Positions 13,561-25,237 of a DNA stretch of 64,000 nucleotides are shown in pieces. The notes under the pieces are model-generated. The model had not been told where the DNA came from, did not search any database, and saw only the letters and a program-made list of their open reading frames with translations. Positions within the stretch are counted from its first letter, which is position 1, and each line of letters begins with the position of its first letter. The stretch is taken from contig NC_068983.1 of the NCBI RefSeq assembly GCF_001194135.2, positions 161,080,773 to 161,144,772 on the forward strand, in the 5' to 3' direction. The stretch is from Octopus bimaculoides (taxonomy: Eukaryota). The position numbers and the translations under genes were made by a program.

Positions 13561-14820
13561 GTTATTATTCAGTTTCATTTCAAGATTTCTTGCCAATAGA
13601 GAAAGAGTTAGTTTCCAACATAGTTCCAATGCTCATTCATTGGAAGTTCAGCAACATCAACGAGGAATTTTTGTATAGATACATGCATATGAGCAAATTT
13701 GTATGTTTTGTTTTATGAATATATTCTCATGCAAATAGTTGCATGTGTAGACATGCTCACATATACTTAAATGATAAACTTCTGGAAAGTTTAACAGATT
13801 TTTATGTATGCATACATGCAGGTTTGTATGTTTTGTTTTATGTATTTCTTCTCATGCATATATTTGCATATCTAGACATTCTCATACATTCTCTATAGAT
13901 TTTTACAGTTCCAGTGTCTATAGTCTCCGAAATTCTCCTTTCTGGTTTCTGAGAAGCCTAATTTCTCAAGATTGGTATTTAGGCACTGTGTTACATATCC
14001 CAGTGCCCCAATAATTACAGGTATAAACCTGAACTTGTAATCTGGTTAGAGTAGCTATAGATTCCTCAATAGTTCAGCATAGGTATTTTCTTTTTTGCTG
14101 ATCTTTAGTATTATGTTAACATCGGCTGGGCAGCTGATTACCATAGCTGTACATAGTTTCTCTTCTCTGTCCCAAATTACTGTCAAGTCTATTATGTTTA
14201 TATTTTATTGAAGTTTTCACTGGGACATTCCACCAGTACTCTTTTTTATTTATTATTTGTGGCTATCGCTTCTACTATACTGTAAATTCTTATTTCTTTG
14301 GCCTCGAGGTTATCCTTCCGACAAATCTCATTATACAGTGTCCTAGCTATGACATAATGTCTCATCGGTAGATAAACCGTGATGACATTTTCGGACAACT
14401 GCTTATGATGTGGGTAATGTCTTCGGTGTTAACTTCACAAAGTCTGCGTCGGTTGTCACATTTTGCTGCTTTTCCTTCGTCTTTGTCCCTTTTGTGTATC
14501 AGGTATTTGGTTGATATTTCTTGTTCTTGGGTTACAAACTCACACCCTTCAAAGTGGGAGTTAGTAATCCAGTTGTTGGTCCATGGTAGACTGCTTTGAG
14601 GATCAATGTTACAATCATCCCGGATCTTTCTACTAACACAACCATGCATGGTCTTCTGCTGATATTCGCTCATCCTTTCATCTGACGATACGTTGCGGTT
14701 GAGTGCAACTTCTTCGGGCATGTATTTAAAGTTATCAGACAAGGGGTGCTGCGCAAGGAGCTGCTTTCCAAGTCTCATGATGTTATCAGCTTCATGTATG
14801 CAAACTTGGTCAAGGAATGC
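13560..14820 (-). mobile_element. R4/Dong-like RLE non-LTR retrotransposon, 5'-truncated 3' end (CCHC knuckle, PD-(D/E)xK endonuclease, 3' UTR)
   Basis: RRLCEVNTEDITHIISSCPKM..RH (knuckle remnant); YWWNVPVKTSIKYKHNRLD.VIWDREEKLC..ISCPAD; FIPVIIGALGYV; ~80-bp direct repeat in the 3' UTR; ends gaataataac. Confidence 0.85.
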
Positions 14821-15057
14821 ATGTATGTATATATGCATGTATGTATGTATGTATGCATGTATGTATGTATGTATGTATGTATGTATGTATGTATGTATGT
14901 ATGTATGTTTGTATGTATGTATGTATGCATGTACGTATATATGTATGCATATACAGATAAACACATAAATGCTAATATACATATATGCATATATATAATT
15001 TTCTCTTAATACACACACTCACACAAATACATATGTCATACTGTTAACGAATATTCG

Positions 15058-15229
15058 TTTCAAATTTTAGCACAAGACCAGCAACTTGGGAAAGAAGGGT
15101 AAGTCGGCCCCAGTGATCGACCGATACTAACAAAGTCAACTTCAGTGGAATTTGAAATTAGAACGTAAGGACAGACAAAATGCCACAAAGCATTTTGCCC
15201 GGCGTGCTAACGATTCTGCCAGCTCGCCC
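15058..15229 (-). mobile_element. SINE family A
   Basis: Ends gcccggcgtgctaacgattctgccagctcgccc (head, reverse complement). Confidence 0.85.
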
Positions 15230-15375
15230 GTGGCTGCGTGGTACGAAGCTTGCTTCGCAACCACACGGTTCCGGGTTCATTCCCACTGTGTGGAACCTTG
15301 AGCAAGTGCTTTCTACTATACCTTCCGCCGACCGAAGCGTTGTAAGTCAATTTGGTAGACGGAAAGAAGCCCGTC

Positions 15376-15411
<36 letters not shown>
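15230..15411 (+). mobile_element. SINE family B 5' half, runs into (TA)n and gap
   Basis: gtggctgcgtggtacgaagcttgcttc..ccgggttcattcccactg..ggaaccttgagcaagtg..tttggtagacggaaa. Confidence 0.85.
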
Positions 15412-15944
15412 NNNNNNNNNNNNNNNNNNNNNNNNNNNNNNNNNNNNNNNNNNNNNNNNNNNNNNNNNNNNNNNNNNNNNNNNNNNNNNNNNNNNNNNNN
15501 NNNNNNNNNNNNNNNNNNNNNNNNNNNNNNNNNNNNNNNNNNNNNNNNNNNNNNNNNNNNNNNNNNNNNNNNNNNNNNNNNNNNNNNNNNNNNNNNNNNN
15601 NNNNNNNNNNNNNNNNNNNNNNNNNNNNNNNNNNNNNNNNNNNNNNNNNNNNNNNNNNNNNNNNNNNNNNNNNNNNNNNNNNNNNNNNNNNNNNNNNNNN
15701 NNNNNNNNNNNNNNNNNNNNNNNNNNNNNNNNNNNNNNNNNNNNNNNNNNNNNNNNNNNNNNNNATTATCCTCCATTTTCTAATTGTTATACAAATTTGG
15801 GGTAAAACCTCCACTTTTACCCGTTCCCATTGATTGCACTTGGTATAGCACTAGTGTAGCAACAATTGGGTACCCTCCCAGCAGTATACTGGATAGATAC
15901 TATCCCTTAGTGGGTTGAACCCCCAACCCCTAACTCTCTCACGT

Positions 15945-16014
<70 letters not shown>

Positions 16015-16029
16015 GAATATATATATTGT

Positions 16030-16315
16030 GAAGGCGCATGGCCTAGTGGTTAGAGTGTCGTGGTTTCAATTTCTAGACCGGGTGGTGCGTTGTGTTCTTG
16101 AGCAAAACACTTCGTCTCACGTTGCTCTGCGATCATCTCAACACCTGACGCGTGGTAAACGGTGCACCTGTTCTAGCAACGTCGATTTGATGGAGAGAGT
16201 GAGATAATGTGGGGCACGAACAAATGTTCGTGCCCCACATAAACAAATCATTAGTGCAGGTCGTTCGGTAAAAAGGCTGAATAATCATACGTCGTCTCCG
16301 ACGGGAGAATCCATT
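16030..16315 (+). mobile_element. tRNA-derived SINE with CORE-like body
   Basis: gaaggcgcatggcctagtggttagagtg (A box)..gcgttgtgttcttgagcaaaacact..tcacgttgctctgcgatca. Confidence 0.85.
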
Positions 16316-17005
16316 ATATATATATATTAAAATTAATCAAAGGACATACTGAGTATATCTACCTGCTGGAAATAAGAGTTTTGACTGCTATTTCCAGCAG
16401 GCAAACTTACTAATTATGTCCTTTGATTAATTTTAATCCTTCAGCTATTTAATGTTTTGTGGGCGGGGGCTGCATTCGCCTATATTATTGATTCTGTTAT
16501 TATCATTTTAAATTATTACACTAGATAATAATAAAGTCAATGATATCTTCGCAAATTATTTTTTCGTGAATTATTTGCTCCTTATATACACATATATGCA
16601 CATACATATATACAATAATTACACATACATGCACGCATTCATGCATACCTACTTATCGTCCTACCTACATGTATGCATGTATATTTTCAATTGCAGTTCC
16701 TTTTATGACTGCATTTCTTGAAGAGCAGCAGCAATGGAAAACGCATCTGTGCAAACTACCGTAGAATCACCACTGCTACTGCTATATACAATATTTTCAT
16801 GTACAAGAAAAGAGAGATCATCTGAGTTAATTTCAGTCGTCTGTAGGAATTTCTGTTAGTGACTGAGGCACTGTTTATAAACCCCACTAAAATTCAAGGT
16901 TTGATTAAATTGCTGTGCCTTATCAAAGGAAATTTATAAGTAAATTACTGAGGCTCTATCCGATCTTTTAGTCTTACAAGATTTCAAATATATCAAATAA
17001 AAATA

Positions 17006-17391
17006 ATGGTTTCAGAAAAGGCCAGCAATTTTAGCGGGGAAGGTAGGTCGGTTACATCTACTCCAGTGCTCAAATGGTGCTTACTACATCGACACCAAAA
17101 GGATGAAAGGCAAAGCCAACCTCGACGGAACTTGAATTCGTAATGTAAAGACGGACGAAATACCACTAGGGCATTTAATTTCGTACTGACAATTTTGCCA
17201 GCTCGCCGCCTTAATGTAAATATATAATGCTTTCTACTATAGGCACAATGCCTGAAAATTTAATACGAGGGAACTAATCGATTACATCGACCCCAGTGTT
17301 TCACTGGTACTTAATTAATCGACCTCGAAAGAATGAAAGGTAAAGTCAACTTCGGCGGAATTGGATCTCAGAACGTTGAGACAGACGAAAT
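17006..17391 (-). mobile_element. Two tandem old SINE family A copies
   Basis: Two successive matches to the gatgaaaggcaaagtc/aaag motif and the head. Confidence 0.8.
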
Positions 17392-17624
17392 ACCTATTTC
17401 TTTACTGCTCACAAAGGGCTACACACAGAGGGGACAAATAAGGACAGACAAACGGATTAAGTCGATTATATCGACCCCAGTGCGTAACTGGTACTTAATT
17501 TATCGACCCCGAAAGGATGAAAGGCAAAGTCGACCTCGGCGGAATTTGAACTCAGAACGCAGTGGCAGACGAAATACCGCTAAGCATTTCGCCCGGTGTG
17601 CTAACGTTTCTGCCAGCTCGCCGC
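17392..17624 (-). mobile_element. SINE family A, young subfamily, full length
   Basis: Nearly identical to 58371-58606, including the tail ggacagacaaacggattaagtcg. Confidence 0.92.
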
Positions 17625-18509
17625 TTTTGATGTATAATTAAGTCAAGTGTATAATCAAGTCAAATGGAATATGCATGATTAAGACACAAGTTGTGAATGA
17701 AGTAGTATTCAGGGTGTCTAATAGATGCTTATTTTAAGTGACCAATAAAGCGATGGCTCGTATTTCAATCCCTCCTTCACTTTGATTTATCGATTAAAGA
17801 TTCGGATCTCCGATTTTAATAAGCTCCCATAAAAATAGAAATTTTCTAAATTCTCACTTTTTGATCCCTGAGATTGTAAAACAGATGGGCTGGTCATACC
17901 TGGGATGCTTTATATTATACCGCTTATTGATCAGAAATGACCTGAAGGATTAACCTATAACAACAATAAACGTCTTTATGTTATTCTTTCTGCCTACATC
18001 ACTTCCTTCTCTCCCCCTCTCTCTGTCTCTCTCTCTCTCTCTCGCTCTTGCTCTCTCTCTCTCTCTCTCTCTCGCTCTTGCTCTCTCTCTCTCTCTCTCT
18101 CGCTCTTGCTCTCTCTCTTTTAATTGTATGTTTATCTTCTTAAAGCCAAAACAGTAGAAATAGTCAGCAGGTGTAGTAGTGAAAATGAGAGAGGGGGAGA
18201 AGAGGAGAGAGAATAAAAGAGGCAGTCAAAGCTAGAAGGATAGAGTCTTACTTTTATTTCCATGAGATCCTTTGATTAAATAAACACAAACATAGTCCTT
18301 CCCCTGCCATAATCGGTTCAACGTTCTTTTCAGCCTTGGTTTTTTGTTTTTTATTCTAGGACACTTCTTTTCTTTATTATTTATTTTACTCCATCCTACT
18401 CTTCCCCTCTCTTCTCCGCCACCACGCGTGTGTGTGTGCATGTTTCTCTTCTGTCATTCACACTCATTCTCTCTCTCCCTTTCTCTTTATATATAAGTGT
18501 ATGTATGTA

Positions 18510-18551
<42 letters not shown>

Positions 18552-18552
18552 C

Positions 18553-18622
<70 letters not shown>

Positions 18623-18706
18623 GTGTATGTATGCATGTGTGTGCGTATTTATGTGTGTGCGTATGTATGTGTGTGCGTATATATTTATATATAATACATA
18701 AACCCG

Positions 18707-18738
<32 letters not shown>

Positions 18739-19078
18739 CATATATATATAATATACATGTGTGTATGTGTATGCGCACGTAAATATACATATATAATGCA
18801 AATGTATAAATTTGTATATATGTGTCTCTCTCCTTCTTTCTGTCTCTCTTTCTCTCTCTCTCTCTCTTTCTCTATATATATTCTTATATATATATATATA
18901 TATGGGAGAATATACAAAAAATAACAACAGACGAGGACAGGTGGTGTAAATAACAAAAGTATATATTAGTATGACATAGACACACACACACANNNNNNNN
19001 NNNNNNNNNNNNNNNNNNNNNNNNNNNNATATATATATACAAATGCACATTATATACGTATATAGAAACAAATAATGT

Positions 19079-19109
<31 letters not shown>

Positions 19110-20641
19110 CGTGAGCTGATGTCTATTTATTTATTTATCAAGCAGTCTATGAGTCGCAATATTCGCTTCCACAAATATTTTTTTAAAAGACGTCTTTGCT
19201 ATTTTGTTACATTTTTTTTTTTTCAAATCAATTCTGTCACTGCTTCTTTCACTTGATTTCCCTCTAACCTCACCTTGGTCTTATGTAAGGGTCAAAACAT
19301 CCATATAACGTGTAGGCTGAAGGTAAATAGTTGTAACAAAGTCTTGCTCTTTGTGATCTGTTGTAAAGGTAGCATTACTGTATTCTTTTTCTTATTCTTT
19401 AGCTTACCTCAATATTTGTATCAGTAAAATATGTTATAAAAGTCCCACGAGTTATTAACCCATTAACTTCCATGTGGTGATTCTGTATCTAAAATGATTC
19501 TGTTTTGGTTCTTTTGCTTTTCGGTGTCCTTTTTTTAAAATTAAATTTCAGATTAACATTAGTATGATAGGCGTTAGCTCACACGGTTTGCTGTTCGTTT
19601 CACAGTCAACACGTACCTGGTTTCCCTCCCCAATCAACAACTAGAAACCTCAGCTCCAAGGTAAAACCATACATAGCTATACAATATATATATATATTTA
19701 AATACATAAGAGGAATCCACTCATGGGATCCCTTAAGCTAGAAAGAACTGCTAGGTTCTAGAACCATAAAATTAGGGATAAAATCCCGAAAGGAACGAAA
19801 TGAAAAATAAAAACTTTTACCATCTCTTCTCCTGGACCAATTGGTTTCTGACTTTTGTTTCGCAATTAAGATAATTTTCTAGGTGAAGTCGTTTTCAACA
19901 GGTACACCTAAGACTAAAATATATAAACACGAGGCAATCAAGTCCATGCCTCTCGTTTATACATTCTAATTTTTTCATATCTACTGCGCAGGCACAGATC
20001 CTTGCCGGCAATAAAAAAATGCCAACTTTTAAAATTCGAAAATTATCCCCCCCCCCCAAATTATAATACTTAATCATATCAAAGGGGAAAATTTTTATTA
20101 ATTTCCATTTCTTTTTGATATGATTAAGTATATATATATATATATATATATATATCTTATCTATCCTTGTAAAAAGCAAAGTTTGTTTGTTTGTCTGTAC
20201 GCTGACCGCTGAAAACACTAAATAAAATTGATAATATTTCAGGTTTTTTATGTCATTTAAATTAATTTGCCCATTCCGCACATAACTGTGCACTTATCTC
20301 CGAAAACGAATTGATGGCGGGAGTTGGTGGTGCATTGGTTCCTATTTCTAGCAATCCACGTACTGTCTATTTCACCGTAATACTTCTTACAGAGTGAAAA
20401 AATACTCCATCTATCACTCAATCTATCTCCAACTTTCTCTAAGTTTATACATTACATTTATTCCTTTGAAGTCGTCTCCAGACCTCTGCTCTTCTCTCTC
20501 TGTCTATATGTTCTTCTCTATGTCTCTATATCTCTCTCTTTCTCTCAATCTCTACCTCTACCTCTTTTTCTCCCTAGAGAAAAATACGTGAGACAGAAAG
20601 AAAGGGGTTTAGGGAGAAAAAACAAGTGAGACAGAATGAGA

Positions 20642-21810
20642 ATGGAGACAGCTACATCTATAAATCTATCGACAAAGTTGTCGACAAGGACGATGCTGTT
20701 CATTATCCTGTTGAATTCCTCAACAGTCTGGTATGCCGCCACACAACCTTGACTTGAAGATGGGAACAGTCATCCTGCTTCTCAGAAACCTGGATCAGCC
20801 AAAATTGTGCAATGGTACAAATATGGTTGTGACTGAACTATAGCCTCACATTATCGAAACAAAAATCCTCACTGGAAATATTGTACTTATACCTAGACTA
20901 CTACTAGTACCAACAGATGTCCCCTTTCGTTTCAAACGATTGCAAATCCCAGCGAGATTTAGTTAGGTATTGGCCATTAACAAGTCCCAAGGTCAAACAC
21001 TGCAGGTTGTCGGTCTCCATTTAGAAGAGGGATGGGATTTATTTCAAAACGGGACACCAGTTTTCATTTATGTTTTATGTAGTGTTTTTGGTACCGAAAG
21101 ACTTTCAAACTTCGTATACTTATCTATTTTGTGTTATAGAACAGAAAAAAATTTTTGTATTCGAATTTATTTCATGTAAAAAATTGTCCTATTTCGATAA
21201 TTTCTACTAATCACTGACGTCTATTCAGTTGAAAACAGTTAGCGCTGTAACGGTGTATATCGTATTAATCCCCTAACCCTAACTAGACTGTTAACCCTAA
21301 CCCTAACCCTAACCCTAAAACTAACCCTAACTCTAGAATCCGAACTCTAAAATTGTTACACACATAGATACGCACAGCGTAATTTATTATATAAACAATA
21401 TATGCGTATAAATTACGATTAAACCGGATGAAATATGTCACAGGGAATAACATTTTTATGACCGCCCAGCAGTAACTCTATTCAGCTGAATAGACGTCAG
21501 TGATTGGTTGAAATTACAGAAATACGACAACTTTAACATGGAATAACTTGCGATGTACGTTTTTTTGTTAAGAAGACTAAAAGTAAAAGATGTTTTATAT
21601 GACACATTCTACCAGTATCCCAAGTTTCAAAGTGTTTCGTTAGTGTTTCGTTAAGAAAATACTGGCGCCCCCGTTTTGAAATAGATCCGAGGGATGTTTC
21701 TCACATGGTCAATTCTATGTAGGTTGTTCCAATGTAGGAAGCCCACAGAAATCATTCATATATATCCCAAAGAAAAAGTTAAAAACATTGTATGTACTAA
21801 ACTTCTGTAA
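20642..21810 (+). pseudogene. Helitron RepHel PIF1 helicase C-terminal remnant, split by a MITE
   Basis: YKSIDKVVDKDDAVHYPVEFLNSL..MPPHNLDLKMG.VILLLRNLDQPKLCNGT..IPR..P.D.PFRFKRLQ.P..AINKSQGQTLQVVGLHLEEG|CFSHGQFYVGCSNVGSP; frame is restored when the MITE and one TSD are removed. Confidence 0.93.
21035..21688 (+). mobile_element. Complete 654-bp MITE, GG..CC termini, 8-bp TSD (Merlin-like), internal (CCCTAA)n
   Basis: TIR ggatttatttcaaaacggg-acaccagt / actggcgcccccgttttgaaatagatcc; TSD gagggatg at 21027-21034 and 21689-21696; about 200-bp imperfect subterminal inverted similarity. Confidence 0.93.
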
Positions 21811-22244
21811 ATATTTTTATAATTTGCGTACAATACATTTCTTTATTGCGATCTATATTGCGTTCTGCATTTAGATATTCTAAATAAATTTGTAAAAATA
21901 TTTAATGCAACATTTAAATACTTTTAACGACTTTTATTGTAAGGAAAACGGGCATTGCGATAGATGCCAATATGTGCCTTATAAATACATTTCAACACCG
22001 TACAGACCGGGCCAAAGGCCGGGAGGCCCGCTAGTGTATATATATATATTTCTATTTTCTATTTTCTCTCCTTGTTTATTTCTGTGTTCCTTTCTATCGA
22101 AGAGGGTAGGCTCCAAACGTAAAAGGCTTTCTCACTTTCCGAGCGTTAAACTAATACATCTGTTTGTTATTTACACACCCGTCTTCGTCTTTTGTTTTTG
22201 TTTTTTTTGTGTATTCTCACCATATATATATAGATATACATATG

Positions 22245-22290
<46 letters not shown>

Positions 22291-22829
22291 CATATGTGTG
22301 TGTGTGTGTGTGTATAGCGGGTTGTATGTATGTATATTGCATACGTAACAATGTAAACCCATCCGAGTATCACACTTAATGTAAAAATACCAGGAAAAGA
22401 CAAATTAACTGCTGTATTCGTACTCAGATAATATCTCTTATCGACTTGCAATGTTTACAAGCATAAACATATCAGTAGCAGAAGAAATGTGTCCAGTGGT
22501 GGCGGTGAGAATGCTAGTTGCGTATTTTTGCTTCTTTGGTGTTTGTCAGTAACATGTGCTCGCTGTCAATCATATGCTAAGACAAAATCGTCCGCTACCG
22601 AAATAGGAAAAAAATCGCTGATCGCTGATATAATTAGTTGCCCGGCTGAACAACAATCCGTTATATGCAACAGAAGCAGTATTAGGTTAAAATAGCCAGC
22701 TGTGTATTATACTTAATGCAAATTACATATCATTTAATCAGAATTTCGAACCCATGAATGTGTTCATGTACTTATAGCTATACTAACCACACTTTTCAAT
22801 AGTGTAGCTAATAATAATAAATCTTAATA

Positions 22830-22972
22830 GGGCGGTGAGATGGTTGAATCATTAGCACGCCGGACAAAATGTTTAGCGGTATTTCGTCCTTTAGGCTCTG
22901 AATTCAAATACCACGAGGCTGACTTTGTTTTTCATCCTCTTGGGGTCGATGAAATATGCACCAGTCGAGTTT
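22830..22972 (+). mobile_element. SINE family A, old
   Basis: gggcggtgagatggttgaatcattagcacgccggacaaaatg..ggggtcgat. Confidence 0.8.
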
Positions 22973-23696
22973 TTCCTGTTGTTGCCACAGTATTTTATTT
23001 ATTTTAATTTTGTTCCAATTGGTTTTAAATTTGGTGTACTGATTTAGTTTTGAATGCTAATTATGAAAATGAAATCCATTTTTGATACAAATTAATAAAC
23101 AAAAAGTTAATAGAGTTTAAAGTTTGCAAATGTTTAGTAATTTTGACCAATTAAAGGCTACAGACACATTGATGCCTGTTTCCGTAGTTACAAGCAAAGC
23201 TGTAATCTGCTTAAACGACAACAATGTGTATTTTCTATACCTGTGCCTATTTTTTTGACCCTCTGTACCTCACTTCTGTCATTCTCACCTGTTTTTTTTT
23301 CTTTTTTCTTCCTTCTGAGAAACGGATATTTTTGGTTGCTCTCCTGTCACTACATTATTTTCATAATTGTGAACCTTGTTTCCCCTGAACATTTTAAACC
23401 TAAATGCAAGTATGACCGCAACAAATTCGTTTAATCTTTTGAGTATGACGGAGAAAACCGAGTAAAGTGAAAACCGAGAAGGATACGGTTTATTGCTTTC
23501 AAGAGAAAGGTGTTATGCCTAAAAGAAAATTGTATAAAGAGAAGCTCACTACCACGTGTATGTCCTTTTAGCTTATTTCATTTCTGTGATAATGAGTCAA
23601 ACGTTAACTCTAATTCCTAACCCTAACGCATATTTTGTTTCTTTTACGTCAAAAAATTTTCTTGAGCATTCTTTCCTTTTAAATTATTTACATCAA

Positions 23697-24120
23697 AGGT
23701 GTGGCTGTGTGGTAAGAAGCATGCTTCTCAACCACACGGTTCCGGGTTCAGTCCCACTGCATGGCACCTTAAGCAGGTGTCTTCTATTAGAGCCTCGGAC
23801 CGACCTTGTGAGGGGATTTGGTAGATGGAAACTGAAAGAAGTTCATCGTATATATGTGTGTGTGCGTGCGTGCGTGCGTGCGTGTGTGTGTGTGTGCGTG
23901 AGTGTCTTTGTATGTGTCTTTGTGTCCGTGTTTGTCTCCCCACCATCACTTGACAACCGATGTTCGTATGTCTACGTCCCCGTAACTTAGCGGTTCGGCA
24001 TAAGAGACTGATAGAATAGTACTGGGCTTGCAAAGAATAAGGCCACCGAATAAGTCCTTTGTTTCATCAAAAGCCTTTCAAATGACCGAAACACGTAAAA
24101 GAATAAAATAATAAAAGAAT
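23697..24120 (+). mobile_element. SINE family B, full length with internal (TA)(TG)n linker
   Basis: Head gtgtggctgtgtggtaagaagc, core ggcaccttaagcaggtgtc, tail ccccgtaacttagcggttcggc..aaacacgtaaaagaata. Confidence 0.9.
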
Positions 24121-24407
24121 GACTGTTCGAATGTTTCACATGACTTTATTCATTAAAACTTACGAAAACTTCTTACAATTTTTGTGGTAAGTTTTCATTT
24201 TGTTCATTAAAACTTGGTCGTCAAAATGTTTTGCTTCCATTTTATGATAGCCATCGTGCAGAAATGTCCAGCTTCCAAATCTTGTTTTCTGATTGGGTAA
24301 AATTTATCAAACTTTAAAACCCTGTAAAATTTTTCTAAACCTTTTCGGGAACAAATGAATAGCAAAATCGGATTCAGCGTAAAAAAAAAAAAAAATTATC
24401 AATATAG

Positions 24408-24649
24408 ACGCGGGAGGGGCTGTGTGGTAAGTAGCATGCTTACCAACCATATGGTTCTGGGTTCAGTCCCACTGCGTGGCACCTTGGGCAAGTGTCTTCT
24501 ACTATAGCTTCGGGCCGACNNNNNNNNNNNNNNNNNNNNNNNNNNNNNNNNNNNNNNNNNNNNNNNNNNNNNNNNNNNNNNNNNNNNNNNNNNNNNNNNN
24601 NNNNNNNNNNNNNNNNNNNNNNNNNNNNNNNNNNNNNNNNNNNNNNNNN

Positions 24650-24683
<34 letters not shown>

Positions 24684-24897
24684 GTGTGTATGTTTGTGTG
24701 CCTGTGTTTGTCTCCCCAACATCGCTTGACAACCGATGCTGGAGTGTTTACGCCCCCGTAACTTAGCGGTTCGGCAAAAGAGACCGATAGAATAAGTACT
24801 AGGCTTCCAAAGAATAAGTCCTGGGGTCGATTTGCTCGACTAAAGGTGGTGCTCCAGCATGGCCGCAGTCAAATGCCTGAAACAAGTAAAAGAGTAT
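24408..24897 (+). mobile_element. SINE family B, full length (gap in internal microsatellite)
   Basis: ggttctgggttcagtcccactgcgtggcaccttgggcaagtgtcttc (CORE-like)...gctccagcatggccgcagtcaaatg..gaaacaagtaaaagag. Confidence 0.92.
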
Positions 24898-24964
24898 ACC
24901 AAATTTGAAAATTTTCCCTTCATTATAAAATTTCAAAATCTGTGACAGCAACAGAAAGGACTCA

Positions 24965-25237
24965 CCAGTCGTATACTGGTGTCGGTGTAATCGACTTACC
25001 CTCTAGCCCCGAAATTGCTGGCCTTATCCCAAAATTTGAAGCTAATATTAAATATTATTATGGAGGCGAGCTAGCCGCATTGTTACCGCATCGGGAAAGT
25101 GCTTACCGACATTTCTTCCGACTTTACGTTCTGAGCTCAAATGCCACCGGGGTCGAATTTCCTTTTCATCCTTACTACTCTGCCTTTCATCCTCGGTGCC
25201 ATGTGGTAGGGAAGCAAGCTTCTTACCAAGCAGCTAT
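24965..25237 (+). mobile_element. SINE family A tail and head fragments, plus an inverted family B head fragment
   Basis: gtaatcgacttacc..gctggccttatcccaaaatttgaa; ggaggcgagctagcc..; catgtggtagggaagcaagcttcttacc. Confidence 0.7.

Larger units (their letters stand above)
20155..22034 (+). mobile_element. Internally deleted Helitron with both termini, inserted in (TA)n
   Basis: 5' A|TCttatctatccttgtaaaaagcaaagtttgtttgtttgtctg; PIF1 helicase C-terminal remnant; 3' GC-rich palindrome gggccaaaggccgggaggccc followed by CTAG|T. Confidence 0.85.

Noticed and set aside
19258-19330. Ig-like peptide PSNLTLVLCKGQNIHITCRLK
   Set aside because: Too short, no plausible exon boundaries, and the rest of an Ig fold is absent.
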